A stretch of DNA of 64,000 nt, from NCBI RefSeq assembly GCF_006345805.1, contig NC_043001.1:4154001-4218000 (forward strand). Direction: 5' to 3'. This document shows, one piece after another, positions 12,521 to 24,681 of this stretch (the stretch's first letter is position 1; each line of letters starts with the position of its first letter). Origin of the DNA: Octopus sinensis. Lineage: Eukaryota. The notes beneath the pieces are model-generated. The model did not search any database. It worked only from the letters and a program-made list of their open reading frames with translations, and had not been told where the DNA came from. The position numbers and the translations under genes are program-made.

Positions 12521-12709
12521 ATAACTATTATTATAACTATTATTATTATTATTATTACTTTTTTTTTTCTTTCAAATTTGCTCCCATTTCTTGCCGAGTG
12601 TCTTCCCGACTCCTAGGGCAAAGAAACTCATAGTATATACATTGGTAGGCCATTAAACCAAACTCAATAGTTCGTTCCTTTTTTTTTTAAGTTAAATTAA
12701 AATACATTT

Positions 12710-12758
12710 ATTATTATTATAATTATTAATATTATAATTATTATTATTATTATTATTA

Positions 12759-12826
<68 letters not shown>
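12710..12826. repeat. (TAT)n/(TAA)n microsatellite
   Basis: Seen directly. Confidence 0.97.
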
Positions 12827-12828
<2 letters not shown>

Positions 12829-12835
12829 CGGTCAA

Positions 12836-12968
12836 AGACGGTGAGCTGGCCGAAGCGTTACAGCCTTGGACAAAATACGTTAGAATATTTTTTCGACCTC
12901 TTAACTTTTGGAATCGAAATTTCGCCCAGGTCAATTTCGACTTGCCTCCATTCACGGTCGAAAAATAA
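12836..12968 (+). mobile_element. Degenerate SINE (family 3, same as 17792-18024)
   Basis: gacggtgagctggccgaagcgtta...aaatttcgcccaggtcaatttcgacttgcctccattcacggtcga aligns with the reverse complement of 17880-18024. Confidence 0.65.
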
Positions 12969-13039
12969 TGCTTCAGTCTAGTCGTGGCATCGATGCTATC
13001 GACGAAACACTTCTTATTAAACTCACTGGCATTCGTGCA

Positions 13040-13500
13040 GAGAGACCTGAACAGAGTAAAGACATCCAGTCATGATATAGGTACAGAGTTCGTTCTAGAT
13101 AAACTATCAAACATGGAAAATTGCTATAAAATGTCTCCGCCGTCAAAGAATCAAAGGCCCCGACAAATCTCCTAGTGTCAATGAAGATGACGGAAAGATG
13201 GAAGGAAAACACTCTTTAATGAAAGAATACGTTTTCAAAAGGAATTATATAAATATCAGGATGGTTCTCCCGAATAATGTGAATGTTGTTAACAATTCTG
13301 AAGCCATCAGCACATGGGCAGTAGCAGTTATAACTCTGCCGTCAAAATCATCAACTGTGCAGTCAACAATCTGAAAACAGAACCGGATACTGAAACACAC
13401 AAAAAACTAACAATGGGCAAAATGCACCATCTGAAAACATATTTGTAGATTGTATCTGCGGAAGAGAGACGGTGGCTGAAGGCTTATCTTACTAGAACAA
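13040..13500 (+). pseudogene. Fragment of an R4/Dong-clade non-LTR retrotransposon reverse transcriptase
   Basis: Frameshifted peptides SHDIGTEFVLDK (cf. SDDIGMEFGLDKC), VNEDDG..HSLMKE..IRMVL..EAISTWAVAVIT, KLTMGKMHHLK and RLYLRKRDGG*RLI (cf. KLLTMxxMHHPKADVDRLYLPRKEGGRGL). Confidence 0.75.
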
Positions 13501-13520
13501 ATATACTAAACTAATATGAA

Positions 13521-13907
13521 GGCGCAATGGCTCAGTGGTTAGGGTGGCGGACACGCGGTCGTAGGGTCGCGGTTTCGATTCCCAGACCGGGCGTTGTGAG
13601 TTTTTATTGAGCGAAAACCTTAAGCTCCACGAGATTCCGGCAAGGGGTGGTGGCGAACCGTGACGTAGTCTTTCACCACAAATTCCTCTCACTATCTCCT
13701 CGTGTTTCAGTTGTACTTGTATTTCAAAGAGTTAGCCTTGTCATACACTGTGTCACGCTGTGTCACATTGAGTCTCACCGAGAACCACGCTAAAGGTACA
13801 CATGTCTGTGGAGTGCTCAGCCACTTGCACTTTAATTTTACGAACAAGCCCTTCCGTTGATCGGAGCAACTGGAACCCTAGTCGTCGTAACCAACGGAGT
13901 GTCACCA
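13521..13907 (+). mobile_element. tRNA-headed SINE (family 4)
   Basis: The head ggcgcaatggctcagtggttagggtg...ggtttcgattccc has A/B boxes. The 3' half (catgtctgtggagtgctcagccacttgcac...) is shared with 14971, 27931 and 41853. Confidence 0.85.
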
Positions 13908-14267
13908 TAGTAAACCAATACCATAGGGTCAGACAAGTAGCTTGAGAGAAGAGAAAGCCCTTTTCTGCAAATACTAAAATAACTTGATAAAGGGAAAATA
14001 TGTACTCCCTAATAAATGATGACAGAATTTAATACGAGAAATAGAAACTGCAGAATTACCATAGAGTTAATATTGGCCAAGGGAAAAAATACAGGAACCA
14101 AAGTCAATGAGAGGAGGCTTGCTATCTACAGGAGCAATGATTAGGAGGAAATCAGAAATGCTGGCTAAAATTTGTGTGGTGGTTTACATGAAATATAAGG
14201 ATATAAAAATATGTGTGATGTCAATAGATTTCGTGTCTAAATATCAATTCTCATCAGTTCATTCTAT

Positions 14268-14270
14268 TAC

Positions 14271-14327
<57 letters not shown>

Positions 14328-14346
14328 CATTATTATTATTATTATA
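14268..14346. repeat. (TAT)n microsatellite
   Basis: Seen directly. It gives the poly-Ile ORF at 14107-14415. Confidence 0.97.
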
Positions 14347-14970
14347 TTTGACTCATTGTTTTCAGACATATCTCCAAAATGTTATGGAACTAACAAATAT
14401 ATATTTTTTCAATAATATTTTTTATCGTACACATTGGTTGAACATTCGTTTCTTCTCTGCGCTCCAAAAGCACACAGACGAACACACACACACACACACA
14501 CACACACACGTACTCACGTACGCTCACACTCACATGCACACGCATGCACGCACATACACATGCAAATTCATGCACATAAATAAATAAATATATATATGCA
14601 CACACACAAGAGCAATCACAGTTTATTATGAGCAATTGAGAAATATCTAAATAATTCATAATTGTATTACTGAAGTAGTCAATTTTTGTAAAAAAAATGA
14701 CAGTCATATGAATTCTGTTATAGTATGATGTGACGCTAAAATTGAAATTTATCAGACATACTGAACCAATGTGACGTCTGCCAATTATTCGACACATCGT
14801 TTACATCTTTTATCTTATAATATATATTTTATCTTAAATATCGCATTAGCTATGGTAAGTCGACAGTTTTAGGAAAAAGTGGCATTGTTGCTTCGTTGTG
14901 AAAGTAATATCAGAAGATTTACGACTGTTACCTCTATATTTGTCTAGGGATATTGTTGAAAATATTTTAA

Positions 14971-15240
14971 AGACGCGTAGCTCAGTGGTTACGGTTTTCG
15001 GCTCACTTTCTTAGCGTGGTTTTTTGTAACCCAGTTTATTTCACAATGTCCCTCTTTAGTCAGCTGGGAAAATGAGTAGTAGTTCTAATTCAAAGAACCG
15101 GCTTTGTCAACCCCTGGGTCATGCTGTATCACTCTCATAACAACGTTAAATGTAAGCATGTCTGTGGAGCGATCAGCCACTTCCGCGTTAATTTCATGAC
15201 CAAGATTTTCCGTTTGTTCAGCTTGAACACGTGTCATCAA
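14971..15240 (+). mobile_element. Degenerate SINE sharing its 3' module with family 4
   Basis: Head gacgcgtagctcagtggttacgg; 3' part catgtctgtggagcgatcagccacttccgcgttaatttcatga. Confidence 0.65.
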
Positions 15241-16021
15241 TGAGAATGAAGAACTAGCGATTGAGCTGGTTTAACTTTAGACTTCACCATTTGAACTAAG
15301 TGTATAGAAAACATCTTGAATTGAGATATTTTCGTGTGTGCCCCCTTTCATATTCTCTCTGTTCATTCCTCTCTTCCTTGATAACAAATCTATATACGCT
15401 TCTCTAAATTTCAACGTTGGATAAACTTTATTTCGGAGTAAATTTTATTGTACAAAAGTTTTATCAAATTTACATATTAATGGAAAAAGATGCTTTTATC
15501 AAATTTATTGTTATATAAAATCTCAAATAAGTTGGTCATATTAGCATACCACTCATCTAGTGAAAGAGAAAGTAAGTTCACTTCCGGCTAAATATTTATT
15601 TTATTGCATTCAACAGTAAAGATAATAGACTGCTTGCTCATTGACTGAAAGTATAGATGCGTCTGTATTATCAGCGGAGAATATATGTTATTAACTCTCT
15701 CCAGTTTGCGAAGACTCCATTGTCCGTTGTTTGATCCATTAGAATGTTGTTAGGCTTGATATATTACGTTTCGTGAGATTTTAGAAATGCATGTAAATAC
15801 GATGAGAAGAGAAAGCAGATTCATTCAACAGATTTACACTAGAGCTGAAATACCAGGAGCAAAACCAAATTGCATGGCTGTTTTCTGAATGGGAACATTC
15901 ATAGGAACATTGTATTAAATGTAGTATGTCGAATTGCAGTTACTGCATTTGAAATGGTTGCTTGCTTTATGGTCATATAGATTTTCACAATTGCTTTTCA
16001 AGACATAACGATCATATAAGA

Positions 16022-16205
16022 AAAGGCGTGGCTGTATGGGAAGACGATTGCTTCCCAATCACCTGATTCCGAGTTATGTCCTAGTGAACCTTGGGCACCT
16101 CGGGCGAGTCTCTTGGCCAAATATGTTCTACTATAACACCGAGCCAACCATAACATTCTCAGTGGATTAGGCGTACCGAAACTGAAGAAGTCAAACGTAT
16201 ATATA
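16022..16205 (+). mobile_element. Degenerate 5' half of a family 1 SINE
   Basis: ggcgtggctgtatgggaag...ttctactataacaccgagccaacc...ccgaaactgaagaag aligns with 4945-5100. Confidence 0.65.
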
Positions 16206-16229
16206 CTATGCGAACAGTTTCAGATGAGA

Positions 16230-16407
16230 TGGGGTACATCAATTACATTGATCCCAGTGCTTGACCGATACTTATTTTATCGATTCCAAGGCGATGAATG
16301 GCAAAGGCCACATCGCTGTAATTTGAACTCAGAAACTAAGCGACGGAGGAAACGCTGCAAAGCACTTTTGACCGGCGTGCTAACGCCTCTGCCAGCTAAA
16401 TGCCTTC
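16230..16407 (-). mobile_element. Degenerate family 3 SINE
   Basis: Aligns with 17860-18024 (atttgaactc...ggcgtgctaacg.ctctgccagct). Confidence 0.75.
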
Positions 16408-16470
16408 GCATTAGTAATAATACTGGTTTTACATTTTGGTACAGCTCCAGTAATTTCGAAAGAGGGAGTA

Positions 16471-16620
16471 AGTGGATCACATAAACCCCAGTACTAAACT
16501 GGTACGTATTTTATCGATGAAAGATATATTCAACCACCACAGGATTTGAACTTATAACGTAATGACGACAAAATGCCACTAAGCACATTTGCTGGTGCGT
16601 TAATGATCCGGCAAAGCTGC
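16471..16620 (-). mobile_element. More degenerate family 3 SINE
   Basis: gatcacataaaccccagtactaaactggtacgtattttatcga...ggatttgaact aligns with 17860-17950. Confidence 0.6.
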
Positions 16621-17791
16621 AATCATTAATATTACTGATAGTATTGTGTGGCATGAAGTACATTAATAACAAAGTACCAGAGAAGGAACCTTTACGAGAT
16701 CAATTAAACCTGAAGATTTTCAGCCAACTGTCATTCAAATCAAATGCAACCGTCTTTTAATATTCAGAGATGAATGAAAACGTTACAAGTTGACCATCCG
16801 TGGAACATATTTGATAAGTTTGTTCAAGGACGGTTAATTTGTTTTTAAGCAATCCTCATCGCACAAGAAAATGAATAAAACAGCGCTAAATGTGATCAGA
16901 AATAAAACACACTTAACACAGTGCCTTTTCAATTTTGTGTGCTTTACGTCTCCCCAATCAGCGAACAATGACAACGATTAAACTTGTTTCTGACACTCTC
17001 CATACAACTGTTTGACAAATGATGCTGTCATATGTCTCAAGGCTTCACAATTTGGATGTATTTTGGTATATATTTGATACTATACTATATTGTCTTGCGA
17101 ACAATACATTCTGCAAAATTTATTGTCTTTCACTCTACGAATATCGGAATTCAAATCGCACACGATAAATATTGTCAACAGAATTATTTTTCTTTTTAGA
17201 GGAATATATGACGGAAGTTGCAGCGCTGTCAATTTAATAAAATGGAAGGCTAAAATTGGAAATGCGACCACAGAGCTGTGTTCGCTAAATTTAACGGCTT
17301 CACTTGTTACAACTTACTTTTTGTTCTGTCAAAACTACATAGGTATATATACACACATCAATACATTCATACACATATACATGCATACATACATACATAT
17401 CTATCTATCCCTCTATTTACTTATCTATCAATCCCTAACAATGTGTGCTGACATATGCGTACTAACTAAAGTAAATACAACTCTGTCACTCCAGTTATGT
17501 GCACATTCTCAAGTACCGAAAGAATATTCAACGTGTAAAATTTACACTGGTGCATTCATGGCAGGTATTCCACAGTCGGCTATAGGTTCCACATCCAAAG
17601 CTTGGAATACACCAAGTCAGGTGATGTATAAAGGATATCACTCATAAATTGGGGTTCACTACAGCGATTTAAGCCTTGTTCTCTATCGATGAACAAAAGT
17701 GTTACGTCGTGCATAAAAAGGAAACAAAATTTGTCTTCACATTAAGTAAGAGTGAAATTGAACACTTAACACTCACAAGAATACAACATTC

Positions 17792-18024
17792 TGTTTCTTT
17801 ACTACCCACAATGGACTAAACACAGAGAGGACAAACAAGGACAGACATAGGTATTAAGTCGATTACATCGACCCCAGTGCGTAACTGGAACTTAATTTAT
17901 CGACCTCGAAAGGTTGAAAGGGAAAGTGGACCTCGGCGGAATTTGAACTCTGAACCTAACAGCAGACGAAAAACTACTTAGCATTTCGCCCGGCGTGCTA
18001 ACGTCTCTGCCAGCTCGCCGCCTT
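17792..18024 (-). mobile_element. Family 3 SINE, full length with a 21-22 bp TSD
   Basis: The minus-strand head is gaaggcggcgagctggcagagacgttagcacgccgggcgaaatgctaag...gagttcaaattccgccgagg. The direct repeat cactcacaagaatacaacattc occurs at 17770-17791 and 18025-18046. Confidence 0.92.
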
Positions 18025-18270
18025 CACTCACAAGAATACAACATTCAGAGAAAGAAACCTAGTACTAATTGAGCATCTCATTTAAGCTGAGCACCCCATG
18101 TAGGGTCACCCTGCACTATGTTTTAATCTAGAAGAATAACAATGAAGAAAATCACTTTTGTAATTGGTAATTACATCATACAATATCGAAGATCGTTTCT
18201 GTTGCGCCAGAATATTTAGATACAAAAAAAGTATAAATTATCAATCAAATTGATATATTAAAAGATATAT

Positions 18271-18587
18271 GCTAACACAACGTTGTCAAGGCGACCGCAA
18301 ATGCTAAGTAACCTATTAATTATAATTGCTTTTCACATTTAATAGATAACTAATTGAAACGACGTACAATTTCTATGTATCTAATTGCCGTGACATAGGA
18401 TTCCTGTTATTATCTTTCATTCTTTCTTTTTCTGCTAAAGTCAACAAAAGTTAAGTACTAAACTGGCTTTTCTTAGAATTTATATTTTCTTAATGTTCCT
18501 TTTGTATGCGTTTGTCTACTAGAGATATTTTCTTAGTTCACTTTGGATTTAACCAATTTTGGATTGCCTTGACAACGTGGCATTAGC
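18271..18587. mobile_element. Putative MITE with imperfect TIRs of about 22-26 bp
   Basis: gctaacacaacgttgtcaaggc (18271) matches the reverse complement of gccttgacaacgtggcattagc (ends 18587). No TSD is resolved. Confidence 0.5.
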
Positions 18588-19692
18588 TTACATTTCCGGA
18601 TAAATTATTAAGTTAACAGGTATTTCATACCATTTTCTCTCTCGAAACACAGTGGCACAATAGCAACGGTGAATTATGCTTTGGTATACCAGAGAAAAAT
18701 GTATGTCACTAGTTATCAACTGTGGCTATTTCTTACCTACATTACATTATGCTGTCAGGTGAATGAAGAATTACTGTTTATCACAAATCATTAAAAAAAA
18801 TACAGCTTACAGAACATATTATAAATTTAAAAAATTATAAAAATACAGAATTACAGCTATTCATGGCAGTGAATGCAGACAACATTGGAATGTTCTTGGC
18901 AAACATGGATATTACATCTCTTACATGTAGTACGAGTTTTCCTGCTTTTTTGGGCGAGGGCACACAAAAAACATTTCCTTCTTTCTTTGGTTGAGGAATC
19001 TCAAATGATGTTGAAGAGCGTCTTCTTTCCTTGTTTTGTTGAGAAACTAGAAGATTGATTGTGATGTTCTTGTTTAGCATTAACTCCGGCATGTTCCTTT
19101 CCTAACTGAATTACGCACTGTCTTCTTTCATCCTTGAAAGTTTGCAAATGAATCTATTTAGCGACAATGAAATCATTCACTGCACTTATACCAATCATGT
19201 TGTAGAATATTACTAGAGGCTATCTCCGAGTCATTCTTTTGCAAGTGTATGTCCTTACCATGGTGAGAGTGTATATACCAGTGTATATATTCCTCCTTTC
19301 ATTTTGTTGTAACATGTAAAACCTTCAAGTTTCTTTACAGCACTTCTTGAATCAATTAACGGCTGAGAGTGCATTATACTCATAAGTGTGATTACATAAT
19401 TTTTCGTGGGACAATAAGATAGGATCATAGATTCCTTTTGAAATCCAAATATTGTGATGTTGATTTCTCTTCCTTTTTCATTTGTGAAAGCACTTGGAAG
19501 TTCAACTGTTCTTTCTAATTCTTCCGACTAAACTAGTCTTCTTGCTAAGCAGCTTTCGAGCGAATCTTAGACTGGTAAAATAATTAACACAAGTTATATT
19601 GCGACAAGTATTTTCAAGTTCTTTATTGGGTCTTCAACAACTCTTGAACCTTGATTCGTCTCTTTCTCTTTTACTGGGTCCTTTCCAGTGTA

Positions 19693-21317
19693 CAGTTGCG
19701 TCCAAAATGTTCAGAACGTCATTGTTTTCGTGAAAAAAGTATGTATAGGTTTTTATCAAAGTTGTTTTATATTCTATAAGTTTCACAGACAATACATACG
19801 ATAGTAATTGTTATTGTCTGAGATTTTGGTGTAATTTGAGAGGATAATACAAAAGTTATGGATGATTTAGTGATTTACTGCAAAACCCATGGCGGACAAA
19901 ATGATCAGGACGGTTGCTTTTACTCCGTGTTTTAGTATATTTAACCGGTGAACTCTAATGTCTTGAATTTGTTTACCTGACGGTTTGTTTATCAAACATT
20001 AGTAAGAATATCTGCAGTGTACTTTGTTAATATAATGCCACTTACTCCGTTACCAATTCGTCAGCAGAATATTAAGCTTCAAAAGATGGATAATTTAAGT
20101 ATTGGGTCTATTGCAAAGATTGTTAACAAGTGAAAAAGTGTTGTTAACGGTATTCTTAAGGTCTACGATGATTGTGGTTCATGTGAAGCAAGGAAGTCTA
20201 CAGGTAGGCCAAGAAAAACGGCCAAGAGAGAAGATCGTGTTATGGTTAACTTGGTTAAAAAGGACAGATTTAAAACTGCTGTTGCTGCTTCTCGGGAAAT
20301 GAGCATTATACTGAAGAAAACTTTATTTCGAAAAACTGTGTCTAGTCGTCTAGTTGAACATGACCTATAAGCAAGAGCACCTGAAGTGAAGCCACTGATC
20401 AGCTCCAAGAATAACAAGTGTCGTCTTACCTTTGCAACCGAACATGTGTTGTGGTCTCAAGAAAAATGGCAAACGGTGCATTTCTGTGATGAATCTAAGT
20501 TTATGTTATTTGGCTCATATGGGAAAAGGTACGTTTGTCGAAAAGTAGGTGAAAAATTGTCGCCTAAATGCCTTAAGACTAGTGTTAAATTCGGTGGAGG
20601 AAGTGTCATGGTTTGGGGTATGATATCTGGAGATGGTATGGGCCCTTTGGTGCGATTACATGGAAAGGTAAATGCAGGAGTTTATAAACAACTTGTAAAA
20701 GATCATGTCTTGCCTGTGCTGAGAAATTCAACTAAGCGATCACCCATATTCATGCAGGACAATGCCCCATGTCACAAGGCTAAGGTGGTCATGAACTTCC
20801 TCAAGGCTGAAAAGGTTATTGTTATGGATTGGCCTGCTCAAAGCCCAGATCTTAATCCTATTGAAAATGTGTGGAATATTCTAGGAGAAATTTTGAAAGC
20901 CAGAAATCCTAAAACAACCGAGCAATTATGGAATGCCCTTCCGGAAGAATGGAATAAGATCACGCAGCAAGAAATTGAAAATTTAATTTCCTCATGCAGT
21001 CGATGTCAAAGTGTGATTGAGACTAAAGGGCTTCACACTAAATATTAAATAATTCCTGTATTCTCTGTCATTTTTGATTCTTTTGTTATTTTTTCAACCG
21101 TTCTGATCATTTTGGCCGGCATGGGTTTTGCAGTAAATTACTAAATCATCCATAACTTTTTATTATCCTCTCCAATTACACCAAAATCTCAGACAATGAT
21201 ACATGACATCATATTTATTGTCTGTAAACATTATAGAATATAAAACAACTTTGATAAAAACTTATACTTAATTTACTGACGAAAACAATGCCGTTCTGAA
21301 CATTTTGGCCGCAACTG
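19693..21317 (+). mobile_element. Tc1-family transposon, IR/DR type, 1625 bp, TA target-site duplication
   Basis: TA at 19691-92 and 21318-19. TIRs are 19693-19916 and 21095-21317, starting CAGTTGCG, with about 26 mismatches by eye. Each TIR has an outer and an inner direct repeat (ccaaaatgttcagaacg / caaaatgatcagracgg). Confidence 0.97.
20035..21048 (+). pseudogene. Tc1 DD34E transposase, full length with two premature stops (TGA 20131, TAA 20368) and no frameshift
   Basis: ATG 20035 is in frame with ORF 20386-21048. Motifs are GRPRKT, FCDESK, VMVWG, MQDNAPCH and SPDLNPIENVW, with 34 residues between the second D and E. Confidence 0.95.
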
Positions 21318-23754
21318 TAGATTTGCATTTTCCAAGAATAAGTTGTTTCACAGTCACCTATTTTTGAAATTCTAATTCCGTATTTCACTGGTTTTGATGT
21401 AATATATATACCCGAAATGGGCCAGCTGCCATGCATGGACTTGGAACATATCCATTTTGCAAATTCTGAGTCCACATTTCAAATACTTCTCTTGTGGGCT
21501 TCGATTTATCATCTTTTTTCTCTTTTATTCTTTTTGCACTATCATCATCAAAATGCAATAACTGTAAAATCTGTTGAAAGCTTCCCCGGTTAACAATTTT
21601 GTTGCGTATTGTGCGGCCATATTCTTGACTTAATAACAGTCACATTTTCATGCTTAGAATGTCCAATAAATTTCTTTAGTTCTGAGTGATCAATTTCCTT
21701 CTATTTATGTTTGTAAACAACCTGATCATCAAAATGTGTCCATTTACGGATTACTTCAAGAGGTTTCTGGCACATAAAGATGGTAAAACGTGTTTCAATG
21801 TCATCACAAGAATTTTTCTTAAAACGGGATGGTCCATATTCTTGGCGCACAATATTGCAGGATGAAGTTGTTACTGCTGTCTGAGAATTAGAATGGCAAA
21901 CCTATTGTCTGTCTCTAGAAAATTATTTCTCATTTATAATTGGATGGCTAGCAGATAATTGTTTTGAGTATCTTCATCATCTGATGACACAGAACCTGAA
22001 CTGCCTAGCACACAATCGCTCTCACCATAATCTTCAGAGCAATTGAAGGAATTACTAATATCGTCTTCCCATTCTTCATCTAATCCGAATAACCTTTTCG
22101 ATATTTGGCCTTCACTCAAGTTTTCCCGTCTAGGCATATTGGAAATCACAAGTGAACTATATGGAACTTGATAGCAGACTAAAGGCAGATATTGCTCTCT
22201 CACATATTTATTTTCTCCTGAAAGATGAAGCAATATATTGTAAGAATTGCATCATACAGAACTAGTGAATCACCCTATAACCTAGCAGACTGAAGGTGAT
22301 GCAAAACCATACAAATTTACAGGAATATCTTCACGATTTTTCCTGTTTTATACTAAATTCAGCAAATAAAATAAATACAATTTTATCCATTTTATATCTA
22401 AGAAAATAACATTTTATACTTCGTTTATTGTTTAGAATGACACGAGTATTGTCTGAATTTAATTCGAGGGTCCAATGGACGCATACTTTAATTTATGTAT
22501 AAAGCGAAATTTTTTAGCTTTTATAAAAATACAGAAAATTTCCCATTTGACAAATAAAAGAGTAAAGAAAAAATAAGATTCATGAGAAATCGTCAGAATC
22601 AAATAATATAAACAACAGGAAAAAGCAACTGAAAAAAACTGAAATGGGTCCATTGGACCTATTGGTAGGCAGATGGTTAAAGAATGGATTTTCTTCATTA
22701 GTATTTTTGTTATCTTATTACTCCGAATTTCTTGAAATTCTTCTAAGCGATATTTGGTTTTACTTTTTATACAATTACGAATTAACTTGGATGTGTATTA
22801 TCCTTGTATTTATTGGTAACTCTTTGATAGACTTAACTAACTTCGTTTAACATGTTTTATAGATATCTCACTGGATTGATCAATTCCTTTTATTTCTTAT
22901 ACATACATAAATGCATACACTAGTACATACACACACACGTAGATGCACACACACACACGCACACACAGAAACACACATTCGATTTCTTTCATTCTTAAAA
23001 TACATATTATTACTGGGTTCCAGTTAAGCATGAGCAATGATATACTGGAGGGATGAGTTCATACCGGACTTCAGTTTAAAACACGGGCGCAATAACAACT
23101 AACCTATCATTTAAATCACTATTTTCTTAATATTGGATGTTCGAATACTTCTCTTAAATCTTATGTTTGATTCCTCTTTTTATTCCCAGCTAATATTCTT
23201 CATTTATGCATAATATATATTTTACTATTAAATGCAAGTTCTATTAACTGCTTTGCAACATTTCACCGTAGAACTGCCTGCTTTGAATTTTACATTTTCT
23301 AACCTAGCATGCTTTGCCGGTATCAACAAAAAGGTTAAAATTCTATTGCTTGGCGCACCTTCATAGGTGTGCACAGCCGAATTTCTTTACGTAACTTCCC
23401 AAAAAATTAAAAGTAAAAAAAATCCGGTGTTTATTTTTATGAATTTTTCATAAAACCACGGCAGACAGGGTATATTCCAATTATATTAAGAAGGTTTGTG
23501 GAACGATTTTCCCGTAGTGTGAAAAAATTTTGGTAAAATCCCACGATTCCGATTTGTTTCCGAAATAATTTTCAGAAATATAGAAGATTTTTAATAAAAT
23601 TTGCTGCAAATAATTTTTAGAGAATGTAGATTATTAGAATACCGGGATTTAAAATTTAAAAGCAAAAAAGAACGGATGGCACGAACACATACATGTACAC
23701 ACATATCATATAAGCCAGTACATATAAGTGCATGCTCATCTCACACACACATAT

Positions 23755-23839
<85 letters not shown>

Positions 23840-23873
23840 TGGAAGGTTTGGAGATGATGTACACGTATTTTTA

Positions 23874-24392
23874 TTAGAAGAAATGAGGTACTCAGAAAAT
23901 CGGATGGTTTATATTTACAGATATTTATTTGTATATTACATTTTTTATACATCATATAACTTAGGTCATGTGTTAGCGCTTTCTCCCATTCTAGCGGGGT
24001 TTTCAAATCAAACTAAAGTTCTGTGTGAAAAGTTTTGACCATTTTAGAGTGGTATTGAGTTTGTAGTGGTGGTGTGGAATATAAGACAGTTCAAGAGGGT
24101 GTGTGTGTGTGCTTAATGAAGGATGGTCAAATGGTTACACACACACACACACTCTCTCTCACAATGATAAACAGAAATATAATTTATGGTCTACCTCCCT
24201 ACCACCACAGACTCAATAACACTCTGAAATGGTCAAAATTGAAATTCTTTATCCCCAAGAATTTAGACGCCCTTGGAGTAAGCATGCTCTCCAGCAGAGC
24301 AAAAAAAATCTTTTCTTCTTCTTCCCTCTCTCTTCCCCTTTTTTTCTTTAGCACTCATTCCAAATACAAAAATGCACACATACACGCACGCG

Positions 24393-24424
<32 letters not shown>

Positions 24425-24681
24425 TGCTCTCTCTCTCACTTTCTCCTCATCCATCACACTCTTGTACTGTCTTGTATTCCTCCCCACCACAACAAACTCA
24501 ATACCACTATAAAATGGTCAAAACCTTTCACACAGAACTTTAGTTTGATTTGAAAACCCCTCTAGAATGGGAGAAAGCGCTAATACATGATCTAAGTTAT
24601 ATGATGTATAAAAATGTAATATACAAATGAATATCTTTAAATATAAACCATCCGATTTTCTGAGTACCTCATTTCTGCTAG
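23874..24681. mobile_element. Foldback/MITE-like non-autonomous DNA transposon with TIRs of about 226 bp, flanked by TA
   Basis: Arms about 23874-24100 and 24456-24681 (agaaatgaggtactcagaaaatcggatggttt...) are reverse complements at roughly 90% by eye. An internal partial third copy lies at about 24195-24240. Confidence 0.88.

Larger units (their letters stand above)
18857..22137 (-). pseudogene. piggyBac transposase pseudogene, about 550 codons after removing the Tc1
   Basis: Acidic N-terminus MPRRENLSEGQISKRLFGLDEEWEDD; YITSKPVKYGIRI..DCETTYSWKMQIYTGK; RNITCVNYFTS..VGRIRKN; C-terminal Cys-rich RKCFLC...TCKRCNIHVCQEHSNVVCIHCHE*. It has multiple frameshifts. Confidence 0.9.
18857..22676 (-). 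mobile_element. Decayed piggyBac transposon interrupted by a Tc1 insertion; only the 5' terminus is recognisable
   Basis: TTAA at 22677-22680 abuts ...cagatgg. Subterminal inverted ggtccaatggac motifs lie at about 22464 and 22647. A transposase relic is present (next feature). Confidence 0.85.

Noticed and set aside
17200-17342. Possible exon (ttttag| ... ag|gtatat) within ORF 17090-17647
   Set aside because: The donor is weak and adjoins a microsatellite, the peptide is unrecognisable, and no partner exons were found.
18549-18560. ttaaccaat as the piggyBac 3' terminus
   Set aside because: It matches the 5' terminus (ttaaccatct) for only a few bases, lacks the subterminal ggtccaatggac motif and lies inside another repeat.
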